Virus record (IMG/VR): IMGVR_UViG_3300044632_001473
Location: 1-59,911 of that record
Strand: one strand, 5' to 3'
DNA: 59,911 nucleotides
Origin: a virus
Taxonomy: Duplodnaviria; Caudoviricetes
The translations under genes and the position numbers were made by a program. The notes beneath the pieces are model-generated. The model made no database searches, was not told the origin of the DNA, and saw only the letters and a program-made list of their open reading frames with translations. Below are positions 50,761 to 59,911 of this stretch, one piece after another. Position 1 is the first letter of the stretch. The number at the start of each line of letters is the position of its first letter.

Positions 50761-51690
50761 TTATTGTTTTCTCACCTTAAAATATCCATTTCCATAGATT
50801 TCTAATTCATCCATATTATCAATCTCCCCTAATCTTAAGTTATTTTCCATAACACCTTGTTTACCTCTTTCAACAAATATGTCAGAATAAACCTGTGGGT
50901 CATCAATAAATCCAAGAAAATGTTCATTTCTTGTAATTACTTTATTAAAAACTTCTTCTTTTGTATAACCTGTGGTGTTACCTGTAATCATGGTATAACC
51001 ATCCTCAAAATCTCTATATGATAAATTATCTATCGTATAACCAGTAAATAATGAACCTGAAAACGAGCCTGAAGTTAAACCAGTGAAAACCGTAGTTCCA
51101 TATTGACGTAATTCACCAATTCTACTACCCCCTATTGCCATATAGGTAAATGTAGTATAACCTGTATTATTCGTGTATTCTAAATCATTTAAATAATCTT
51201 GAGTTTGTCCAGTTATATTGGTATATGCGGGAATTGTCATACCTGTAAATGTTCCTAAAGGATTAGTAACTGTAATATTTTGTGGTACTGTAATTGTCTT
51301 TTTAAGTACTTCTGTTGACCAAGGTGTTGATGAAGATATTGTAATAGTGTATTGTGTACTACCAGTATATGTTTTTACAACTGAAGGTAAATTATTTCCC
51401 ACTATTCCACTATTAACCGTTAAACCTGATGTTGTTCCATCCCCCCAATTTATTGTGAACGTTTGTTCTGTGATTTTTCTTAACTTATCTGGATTTACAG
51501 AATTATATATGGTAATAGTTGAACCTGATTGTTTGTATGTGAAATTACATAGTTGTTCAATTTGTTCCATATCACCATCAAATGAAACCATAACACCCAT
51601 TTCATCAACTGATGAATCTAAAAACACAGGTATTTGATATGAACCTGTATAATCGTTAGATTTTAATATTTTATGTTCAATTCTTTTCAT
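50761..51690 (-). CDS. Putative tail/baseplate protein with a PKD-like segment
   Basis: 309 aa; INWGDG motif; dense in [ST]GxT. Confidence 0.65.
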   Translation of the reverse strand: MKRIEHKILKSNDYTGSYQIPVFLDSSVDEMGVMVSFDGDMEQIEQLCNFTYKQSGSTITIYNSVNPDKLRKITEQTFTINWGDGTTSGLTVNSGIVGNNLPSVVKTYTGSTQYTITISSSTPWSTEVLKKTITVPQNITVTNPLGTFTGMTIPAYTNITGQTQDYLNDLEYTNNTGYTTFTYMAIGGSRIGELRQYGTTVFTGLTSGSFSGSLFTGYTIDNLSYRDFEDGYTMITGNTTGYTKEEVFNKVITRNEHFLGFIDDPQVYSDIFVERGKQGVMENNLRLGEIDNMDELEIYGNGYFKVRKQ

Positions 51691-51700
51691 CTTTTACTTT

Positions 51701-54244
51701 TTATTCAGGGGTTAGAACTCCTCCGGAGGTTATACATGGTAATGGTGGTGCGTCAGTGATTTGAATACTTTCTCCGACATATGTAACATATATGTCAACT
51801 GGTGATGCTATTGGAATTGAAACTCCGTATATTGTTCCTTGTAATCCAATACCCGTATTGGTTAATATTGCACCTGTTGAATTATCAAATCTTGACTCTG
51901 AAAATGCTCCATCAGCAAACACATTAACCCTTATTTCTCTATAAGCACATTCACCATCTTCAACTCTTCTAAACACACCTAAATTAAGATTTGCTCCTTG
52001 ATTAACACTAAGAGATAATAAGTATGTTCCACTTTCGGTTGATGATTTTTGAATACCTCCAAATGAAGAACCAATAGAACTTAAAGTTGTACTATATGTT
52101 TGATAAATTAATTGAATATTATTAGTTGTTGAATTATATGGAATTCCACTTAATTGACCGTAAATGTTAACCGTAGTTAATGGTATAGGTGTTGGGGTTG
52201 GTGTTGGGTCATTGATATTTAAACAGTTAATACAATTACCACTTGGTAATAAAGTATTTGTTAATCCTGATCTCTTATAAAGTCTAACATAACTACCTAA
52301 TGTTGAGTTGTGTGTTATACCGGTTTGTGATATCCAAATATATTGATTCTGAGTCATTTCATCTAATACCCAGTTATAACCTAGTGAATTATCAGTTTCA
52401 ATAGAAGTGGCATCACAAATATTTGTTGCTGAGTATAGCCACGCATCCACTCCTCCATATTCCGTATTAATAGGACTGGTATGTTCACATGATGTGTCAT
52501 CACCAAATTCAACGTCTCCTGGGTCACCCACCCATAAATCATTTGCAATAATTCTATTTGGTGTAGGTGTAGGTGTTGCTGTAGGTGTAGCCGTAGGTGT
52601 AGGTGTTACAGTAGGTGTTGGACTTGGTGTAGGTGTAGGTGTTGCTGTAGGTGTTGGACTTGGTGTAGGTGTAGGTGTTGCAGGTAAACAAGTTACAGTT
52701 GCATATGTTATATTATTATAATCTTCTTCATTAGGTGAACTTAATGTATTTACTTGGAGGCAATCTTCAATCGTTACAAATCCCGTTGTCGTATAAATTC
52801 TAGATTGTGACACTCCTTCACAATCCAAATAGAAAATTTCAAATGGAGCATCTATAACATTAAATGTCACACCTGTTACACAACTAACTGGATTACTATC
52901 ACAATCAACTACCACGGAATTAACTCTTATGTTATTGTAATCTCCGTTATCTCTCATTACGAAATACCAAGTACCATCTGGTATGTTAGTCCATGATTCT
53001 CCATCGGTATATCCATAATTTGTCGCAGCTAACGCTTCCGCAGATGTTGCAAAGTAATTACGTCCAAACTGATAAACTCCAGAACCGCCACTTCCTTCTC
53101 CAATTGTTACATACCCTATTTGACCAACACAAGTCTTAGTTATTACAAAGTTGACTTGGTCTTCTGAACCAGGTATTGGTGTTGGAGTTGGTGTAGGTGG
53201 TATGAATACCGGTTGTGTTGCTAAAGTACCTCCACCTTTTTCAAAAAATTGTATTGTTTTTGTCAATCCACTATCACTAAATCCGACTCTATCTCCTTTA
53301 GTTCCTCCCGTGTATTTGTATATTTGATAAGTTCTACCAGTTAAATTGAAATCAACTTGATAGTACATATCATTTTTTTCATCTATAGTTGCACCAGTAC
53401 TTAAAGCTCTATTTGTAAAATCTAATATATCACCATCTTTAGCGTTAAAAAATTTAGCAGTCATAAAGAAAGTGTTACTTGTTTCTGTTCCAATTAAATC
53501 ACTATCTTCTAAAACTGTTTCATCTTCAAACCAAAACAAATACATGTTTTCTTTGTTTTTATAATTTGAACCCATAAAAACAGGTACATGAATATTGTAA
53601 CCAAAATTTAATCCCGTATAAAAAAACTTTTCACCTAATGGTAAAGAAAGATTTTTTGCAAAAACTAATCTTCTATTTTGTCTTGTTGGTGGTTCACATA
53701 ATAATGTATTAACACTAGTTAAAGTCCAACCACTACCAGTTTGTGGATTATTATTTATATTATTTGAAATATTTGAAGTATAAGTATTACCTGTAAATGT
53801 CGTTGTAGTTCCACTTGTAGTTGACGCAATATAATAAACTTTATCACCTATACCATAGGTTGTATTATTTATCCAATTTTTTGGTGGAGTCTTAAAAAAT
53901 TCTAATCTAAAAAAACTTTCTGTTGATTGTTTCAACATTAATTCGTTTTCTCTTTTAGTGATTCCAACTGCTTCATAATCTTGTACATATGTTGAACCAG
54001 ATTTGAAATAAAATTGAAACCATATGTCTGTTTGATTTAATGTAACTCCACTAATTGTTTTATTATATGGTTCATGAATATATCTAACGGTTTCATAATT
54101 ATCTGCCGGATTAATAATATCTTTTAAAACCTCATCCTCAAATTGTACAAGATTATCTTGCCAACCCAAATCTGTTTGAAAATTTTGTTCACTATTAATA
54201 ACAATATTTAAATCATTTGTATTTTGTAATATTTTCATTAACAA
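51701..54244 (-). CDS. Putative tail protein with PT linkers and Cys-rich modules
   Basis: 847 aa; globular N-terminal part followed by a modular C-terminus. Confidence 0.7.
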   Translation of the reverse strand: MLMKILQNTNDLNIVINSEQNFQTDLGWQDNLVQFEDEVLKDIINPADNYETVRYIHEPYNKTISGVTLNQTDIWFQFYFKSGSTYVQDYEAVGITKRENELMLKQSTESFFRLEFFKTPPKNWINNTTYGIGDKVYYIASTTSGTTTTFTGNTYTSNISNNINNNPQTGSGWTLTSVNTLLCEPPTRQNRRLVFAKNLSLPLGEKFFYTGLNFGYNIHVPVFMGSNYKNKENMYLFWFEDETVLEDSDLIGTETSNTFFMTAKFFNAKDGDILDFTNRALSTGATIDEKNDMYYQVDFNLTGRTYQIYKYTGGTKGDRVGFSDSGLTKTIQFFEKGGGTLATQPVFIPPTPTPTPIPGSEDQVNFVITKTCVGQIGYVTIGEGSGGSGVYQFGRNYFATSAEALAATNYGYTDGESWTNIPDGTWYFVMRDNGDYNNIRVNSVVVDCDSNPVSCVTGVTFNVIDAPFEIFYLDCEGVSQSRIYTTTGFVTIEDCLQVNTLSSPNEEDYNNITYATVTCLPATPTPTPSPTPTATPTPTPSPTPTVTPTPTATPTATPTPTPNRIIANDLWVGDPGDVEFGDDTSCEHTSPINTEYGGVDAWLYSATNICDATSIETDNSLGYNWVLDEMTQNQYIWISQTGITHNSTLGSYVRLYKRSGLTNTLLPSGNCINCLNINDPTPTPTPIPLTTVNIYGQLSGIPYNSTTNNIQLIYQTYSTTLSSIGSSFGGIQKSSTESGTYLLSLSVNQGANLNLGVFRRVEDGECAYREIRVNVFADGAFSESRFDNSTGAILTNTGIGLQGTIYGVSIPIASPVDIYVTYVGESIQITDAPPLPCITSGGVLTPE

Positions 54245-56046
54245 TCAATTGGGTTTATATTATTAAAGTTATTTAATCCATCTGTTTTATTTGTGAACGA
54301 TTTTTCATTTCTCAAATAAAAATTAATGTCTTTTACCACATAATGTAAATTATTAATGAATGGAAAATTTGTTCCGTTTCCATCTTGATCTAAAAAACCA
54401 TGGTCATACAAATCTCTCCATCTCCATAGATTTTCTTTTTCATCATAAATAGTATTTTCAGGTAGATTAAGAATGTCTTTTGTTTTTGATGTTTCTATAT
54501 ATGGTGATAACTCTCTAAGTTTAACTCTATAATGTGGTTGATAAAAGTATCCTACTGTATTACCTGATGTTGCACTAGAATAATTAGAACTTGAATCTTG
54601 TCTATGATTAAAAATCGTTGTTCCTCCTATTGTTTTATTATGTGAAAATTTATGAAATGATTCACTAATAATTCTTTCTTTAAAATCTTTTTTATTATAC
54701 TCAACAAAGGCACCTGTTAATACTGTCCCCAATGGTACTGTATTTCCACTTGTAAAACCAGTGGTACCGGTATTACCGGTAAAAAATGTTTTTCCTATTG
54801 ATGTTTCCGTTGCTGTATCTCCACTAAATTGTGTATCAACCCATGTATTATGAAAATTAAATTTATAACCGACTTTTGGTGGATATGTAAAATAACCATT
54901 TCCATTTCTCAATAATACAGTTATATAAACTTCAGTTGGTGTATACCCTAAATTATTTGTAATACCAGTTAACGTAAATGTTTTTTTAAAATCATACAAA
55001 ATAGATTCTGGTCTATTCCTTTCAACCAACACATCATTTTCTTGTAATGGATTTTCAAATAATATTTTTCTTTCGTGTTCCCAAATTGGCGTTTCAAAAC
55101 CAACTTTATCCATTATATAATCATCTACAGTGGTTAATGTTTTATGTTTATGTACATAATATTGTGAAGTTGTACCTGTGATATCCAATAAACTTAAACA
55201 TCTTTTTCCTAAAACAAATGTTACTGCGTTTAATGTTAAACCTGTGGTAAATTCATTTTTTTGTAAATTAATTACATATTTTTCAGAATCATATGTTTCA
55301 TTACCAACACTTTCAATATAAAAGGTTCTACCCGTAACATTTATAGAACTGTTTAATGTTCCACCTGAAATTGTTATATATTCACCTTGTAACATTCCAT
55401 GTTCTACAGGTGATGTTAAAATAAAATAATTCCCTCCATCGGTAACTCTAAATGGTATACCATCACCAGAAGTGAAACAAAAAGTTTTACCATCACCACA
55501 TCCAGTTGTTGTTCCCGATAATGTATATTTTATTGGAAATGTTGAATCTTGTCCATAAACATAACTCAAATATAAATTCCAATTCTTGTATGGAGCTTCT
55601 ATTGATGTTGTTGTTGTATGTCCTGTATATCTCGTTCCTTCTAATGTCATACCAGATGATACAAATATATTCATAGTACTACCACTATAAGGTGTGACTA
55701 CTTCTCTTAGTACATCATTTCTGAGTAATGCAAATTCATTATAAGGAACATAACCATCATTACTTCCCGTTCCGTCACCAGCAACATAAAAGTTTTTTTT
55801 CAATGGGTTATATTCAGTTGAACCTGAATACATATTACGAAAAATCATTTTCATCTTTCCAAAAATCTTATATGTTTTTGATTGATTTCTTTCATCATCA
55901 AATAAAGTTGGTAAATCTAAAATAATGTTTCTTTCACCTTCTCTCATCAATGTTTCATTATTATCTAATTTAACATTTAGAGTTACATCTTCTTCGTCAG
56001 CCTTAAAGTACCTTTTAGTAGGTAATAATATTTCTTTCTTTTTCAT
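54238..56046 (-). CDS. Putative tail/baseplate structural protein
   Basis: 602 aa; dense in [ST]GxT; coupled to both neighbours. Confidence 0.7.
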   Translation of the reverse strand: MKKKEILLPTKRYFKADEEDVTLNVKLDNNETLMREGERNIILDLPTLFDDERNQSKTYKIFGKMKMIFRNMYSGSTEYNPLKKNFYVAGDGTGSNDGYVPYNEFALLRNDVLREVVTPYSGSTMNIFVSSGMTLEGTRYTGHTTTTSIEAPYKNWNLYLSYVYGQDSTFPIKYTLSGTTTGCGDGKTFCFTSGDGIPFRVTDGGNYFILTSPVEHGMLQGEYITISGGTLNSSINVTGRTFYIESVGNETYDSEKYVINLQKNEFTTGLTLNAVTFVLGKRCLSLLDITGTTSQYYVHKHKTLTTVDDYIMDKVGFETPIWEHERKILFENPLQENDVLVERNRPESILYDFKKTFTLTGITNNLGYTPTEVYITVLLRNGNGYFTYPPKVGYKFNFHNTWVDTQFSGDTATETSIGKTFFTGNTGTTGFTSGNTVPLGTVLTGAFVEYNKKDFKERIISESFHKFSHNKTIGGTTIFNHRQDSSSNYSSATSGNTVGYFYQPHYRVKLRELSPYIETSKTKDILNLPENTIYDEKENLWRWRDLYDHGFLDQDGNGTNFPFINNLHYVVKDINFYLRNEKSFTNKTDGLNNFNNINPIDC

Positions 56047-59000
56047 TAATCTTCAGATGTAAATGCGTCTTTAGGACCATACAAGTCAATAAATTTATCC
56101 ATTCCACTTTTTCCCGCAATTAGACCAAAGTAAAATTGGTATGGTGTTGATAGAATTTGTTTATTTCCACTATAATAATCTTCTCTCCTTGGTATTACTA
56201 AATCTGTGGTGTCCGTCCAATTAATTACTTGCCATCCTGTTGCTCCCGACATTGGATTTGTAGTGTCGTTTCCTGCGTTGCCATATCTAACAAATAATTT
56301 ACCCGATGTTGGTACCGTTTCAGTTCCTCCTGTAACATACAAATATGTGAATCCTGGATATTCGGAATTATATTCTGTATATCCACTATTGGTACTTACA
56401 ACATCATAATCTACGTCATCCGTTAAATTTAAATTAGTATTACCTGTTACACCATTATTTGTTTTTGTCATAGGTAATAACATATATTTGTCAGATGGAT
56501 CTGAATATGAACCAGTTAATGTATAACCATATGTCATACCCTGTAATGGTTGTAATTCTAATGAACTATAATTCCATGATTGATTGCTTCTTCCTGCACC
56601 TCCAGGACCAAATCCCGTACCACCTTTGTCCCATAAATAAAATGGAACGGGTTGTGATGATTCTGTTAATCTACCAGGCTCATTTAAACATAATCTAACT
56701 CTTTCACCATCTTCATCTAATTCCATAGTTACAGGTAATGGACCATAACTCCCACTGATTTGAAAAAATGGCTTATTTAATTCTGGATCTAATGTATCAT
56801 ATCTATAACCTAAATATTTTGGATTTTCTAAATCAAATTCTTCAATACCCACTTCATTATTTATTGATAATAATTGAAGAATGTCACCATCTAAAACATT
56901 ACGAATACCTAATTTATATCGGAACCCTTTATTACTAAAAAACATATCTAAGCTACCTGTAGCGTCAGCCACATCCATTCTATAGTTAATTGCTAAACCT
57001 AATAAATCACCTAGTGGTTTATATGATGTTGCTCCTATTGAACGAGCAACAGAACAGTTCGGGTCTAAAGATTCATCAATACAAATTTCTTTTATAAATT
57101 CATCTCTTGGTCCTAAATCAACTATAGTTGTTGGTCTATTTAAATTGTTTTTATCAAATCCTGTTGTTGTTTTAAAAGATGCCGACCTATAATAAAATCT
57201 ATTTTGATCAAAAACAAAACGAGCTAAATTTCTACAATATTTTAAAACTGACTCAGATGTTGCATCTGCTAATTTTCTAAATTTTTTAGCCTTAAATTGA
57301 GTAAAATATAATGAGCCTGATAACCAGTTATCAATAAATCCATAGTTAACAATTCCACCACAAAACATTTTACCGACTCTTTTTCTTCTATAATATTCAC
57401 TTAAAATATCTAATAATCTTTTATTACTTTGTGAACCAGGTACCATATAAAATATACCATTCATAAATTCAGATTTACCAGAAATTGTTGTTCTCGTATA
57501 TGACTTTCCATTGTATGATTTTGGTAAAGCATAACCATCGGAATCTGAAACATTTGTTGCTACCACATCGGTACCATCGGATATAGTTGCAACACCACCT
57601 CTTGATGCTTCGGTTGATCCTGTTTGTGTATAATATAAAGAAATTAAAGATTCATTATATGGTGTATCATATACTCCACATCCTGATTCTAATGGTACTA
57701 TTGGATCAGTAATTGGTCCATTTTCACCATAATCTAAACTTACAACATCATATGTAAATACACCATTTTGTACTATAAAAGAATTACTTGGGTCATTAAA
57801 TACTAATAAATTATTTCCACCAATTGTAGAATATTTAATAAAAAGTTCTCCCGTGGTATTAGAAGCACTTAGTGGAAATACACCCGTATCTGTTTTAATT
57901 CCATAATTTTGTTGTATTGATAAAAAATTATTTACACTTGTTGGTGTTGTGGCATTTACACACTCTCCATTTGTTGGTTGTGTAAATGTTAAATAACCAC
58001 TTGGTGTTGAACCAGTAATAATACCTATTGGATTAGATAATATTCCGAAGTCGGTTACATAAAATTTTACTTCTCCAACAACACAATAATTTAAATCTGA
58101 TTCGCCATTTGATGATAAGGCCTCAGTACTACACTCATCACATTCAGGATATGATACTAACGGTAAACCTTTTTGTCCGGTATCCATTAAACTATAACCC
58201 ACATTTTTCATTCTTCTACCTAAACTACCTAATGGACAGATACCCAAAAAACAGGTATTTTCAAATGAGGTACCAATAGATATAAATAACTTAGATAATA
58301 CATTGAAGAATAATAAAGTAACAATATTAAATAAATTTTCAATTGCTAATAAAACATCCGATATTAATAATTTAAATGTATAATTTTTAACTCCGAAATT
58401 TGATGGTGGTGTTAATTTATCTCCACAATCTTCTTCTTCTGATGGAGTTGTTTCATTTATGTTGGCAAAATTATATTTTGTTGTTAAATCGTCTATTGGA
58501 GCACCAAAAACTCCTACTGTGTAGGCTGCAGTTGGAGCTAATCCTTTAGTTATTGCATCAACACCAAAAAAATGACTGTGAAAAGATGATACAGTATAAA
58601 CTTTGTTATATGTAAATCTATAAAAATAATCCTGTGGATAATATTCTCCATTTTGATTATTTAAAATTAATGACAGTGCATCAGATGGGTATCCACTATA
58701 TTGAGTACCGAAGTAATATGAACTATCGTCAATCGTATAACCAGTTTGTGAAGGTGTTGCACCTGTTTGTATTACTTTTTGAAACTCTCTAATATTAGGA
58801 ACTAAAAAATCTGCATTTGCTCGTGTTCTTTCTAAACTTTTATCATTTAAATTAAATCTAAATCTATAACATGCGGATGTTGGGATACCTTTATTTGGGT
58901 CATTAGTGATTTCATTCTCACCGAATTCGTTAGTAATAACATAATCCATGTTCATCTCCACAGGTAATACAAAACCACCATCATCTGGTATGTCTTCATC

Positions 59001-59911
59001 AATTGGTAAAAATTCTAAATAAGGTCTATTAAATTCATCCTTAATTGGCATAAATCTAATCGCCTCAATGTTGGCTGATTTAGTGACTAAGTCACATTTT
59101 CTACCCATTTTTCTTCTTGGAATACAGTTTTTATTAACTGAATTTTTACTTGAGTCAGTAAAAACTCCTCCAATCAAATATGCTTTAGGTTGTATGTTAA
59201 CACCTCTTTCTGATAAATCAAAATCGGTTCTTGTTATTCCTATTTCACATAATTCTTCGTTACCCCAAAATGGATATACCTCAACACTTCTATCAAATGA
59301 AATAATTTGTGGTAATGAATTCAAATCTTCAGATGATTTGAATGTGTAATTATTTTTAAAACTATCAACTCCAATACCCAATCTTTTAAAATCCGCAGGT
59401 CTTAATGAAAAACATCCAATGTCCGATAAATCAACATCTACATGTACTGTTTGTACTCCGATAGGGACACCCCATATCATAAAGTCGCCTGCACTATTTG
59501 TTTTAACGGTGTAATTATAATATTTTTCGTAAACTTCTAAAACCGCCTCATTTTCTAAAATATCAGATTGATCAGGAAATGTACCAGTTGATGCGTGACC
59601 TCCATGTTGTTTTCTTGATGGTAACAAGTTATATCTATACCCATCATCATTTTTATCTGTAACTTCCTTATATGGGTACAATACAGATATTACAGGGTCA
59701 TTTTCATCTTCTTCTAATAGGGGTATGAATATAGAAACTCTAGCATTACCAATACCAAATCCGTTGTTTGCTGTAATTCTACCACAAACAACACCATAAT
59801 CGGAACACATTGAGGTATAGATTTGCTGTTGTGTAAACTTTAAGGACAAAATTTCAAGTACGTCAAAATCTTGTTTGAGTTCAACAGTTACTTTTTGGTC
59901 CTTACCAATAT
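56046..59911 (-). CDS. Large tail/baseplate protein, start lies beyond the window
   Basis: The frame stays open past 59849 (IGKDQKVTVELKQDFDVLEIL...); N-terminal GRITAN..IGNARVSI is prealbumin-like; internal hydrophobic segment. Confidence 0.7.
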   Translation of the reverse strand, partial: IGKDQKVTVELKQDFDVLEILSLKFTQQQIYTSMCSDYGVVCGRITANNGFGIGNARVSIFIPLLEEDENDPVISVLYPYKEVTDKNDDGYRYNLLPSRKQHGGHASTGTFPDQSDILENEAVLEVYEKYYNYTVKTNSAGDFMIWGVPIGVQTVHVDVDLSDIGCFSLRPADFKRLGIGVDSFKNNYTFKSSEDLNSLPQIISFDRSVEVYPFWGNEELCEIGITRTDFDLSERGVNIQPKAYLIGGVFTDSSKNSVNKNCIPRRKMGRKCDLVTKSANIEAIRFMPIKDEFNRPYLEFLPIDEDIPDDGGFVLPVEMNMDYVITNEFGENEITNDPNKGIPTSACYRFRFNLNDKSLERTRANADFLVPNIREFQKVIQTGATPSQTGYTIDDSSYYFGTQYSGYPSDALSLILNNQNGEYYPQDYFYRFTYNKVYTVSSFHSHFFGVDAITKGLAPTAAYTVGVFGAPIDDLTTKYNFANINETTPSEEEDCGDKLTPPSNFGVKNYTFKLLISDVLLAIENLFNIVTLLFFNVLSKLFISIGTSFENTCFLGICPLGSLGRRMKNVGYSLMDTGQKGLPLVSYPECDECSTEALSSNGESDLNYCVVGEVKFYVTDFGILSNPIGIITGSTPSGYLTFTQPTNGECVNATTPTSVNNFLSIQQNYGIKTDTGVFPLSASNTTGELFIKYSTIGGNNLLVFNDPSNSFIVQNGVFTYDVVSLDYGENGPITDPIVPLESGCGVYDTPYNESLISLYYTQTGSTEASRGGVATISDGTDVVATNVSDSDGYALPKSYNGKSYTRTTISGKSEFMNGIFYMVPGSQSNKRLLDILSEYYRRKRVGKMFCGGIVNYGFIDNWLSGSLYFTQFKAKKFRKLADATSESVLKYCRNLARFVFDQNRFYYRSASFKTTTGFDKNNLNRPTTIVDLGPRDEFIKEICIDESLDPNCSVARSIGATSYKPLGDLLGLAINYRMDVADATGSLDMFFSNKGFRYKLGIRNVLDGDILQLLSINNEVGIEEFDLENPKYLGYRYDTLDPELNKPFFQISGSYGPLPVTMELDEDGERVRLCLNEPGRLTESSQPVPFYLWDKGGTGFGPGGAGRSNQSWNYSSLELQPLQGMTYGYTLTGSYSDPSDKYMLLPMTKTNNGVTGNTNLNLTDDVDYDVVSTNSGYTEYNSEYPGFTYLYVTGGTETVPTSGKLFVRYGNAGNDTTNPMSGATGWQVINWTDTTDLVIPRREDYYSGNKQILSTPYQFYFGLIAGKSGMDKFIDLYGPKDAFTSED

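Noticed and set aside
41406-52721. Plus-strand GVGVGV ORFs (41406, 43538, 52407; also 1831)
   Set aside because: Antisense shadows of Pro/Thr linkers
1-59911. Bacterial chromosome or eukaryotic giant-virus origin
   Set aside because: nusG, sigma and clpP lack their chromosomal context (no secE/rplK, no clpX/tig); gp46/47-like genes, primase, homing endonucleases and baseplate motifs with a bacterial sigma indicate a large phage

Overview
This is an AT-rich, gene-dense segment of a large tailed dsDNA (jumbo-type) phage, almost entirely on the minus strand. The host is probably Bacteroidota: there are TAnnTTTG-like -7 promoters, no Shine-Dalgarno sequences, an Hc1-like histone and a DUF6576-like motif. 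The left end (1-12.5 kb) encodes fibre or decoration proteins with Pro/Thr linkers and long Ser-Gly-Thr (G-x-x) repeats. The middle (12.6-36.9 kb) encodes glutaredoxin, thioredoxin, an AAA ATPase, NusG, Dam, putative head-internal proteins, a degenerate amidase, a sigma-70 factor, ClpP, SbcC/SbcD, an MTase with a putative REase, an exonuclease, primase, a UDP-glucose dehydrogenase-like enzyme, RuvC and a GIY-YIG homing endonuclease. The right end (37-60 kb) encodes baseplate/tail proteins with shuffled Cys-rich modules. Four signals stand out. (1) A [S/T]-G-x-T motif is dense in virion proteins but absent from the enzymes checked, so it is a candidate modification/glycosylation sequon, and the SGT repeats read as polymerised copies of it. 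(2) A stand-alone, GC-rich, two-hairpin ~72-nt candidate ncRNA lies upstream of primase, and its linker is complementary to the start region of the sigma-factor gene. (3) A scaffold-like baseplate protein carries 9 invariant [12 protein letters not shown] modules and a degenerate Hint domain. (4) A TraB/Tiki-like protease domain is fused to a putative head protein. All calls come from reading motifs by eye; no database searches were run.
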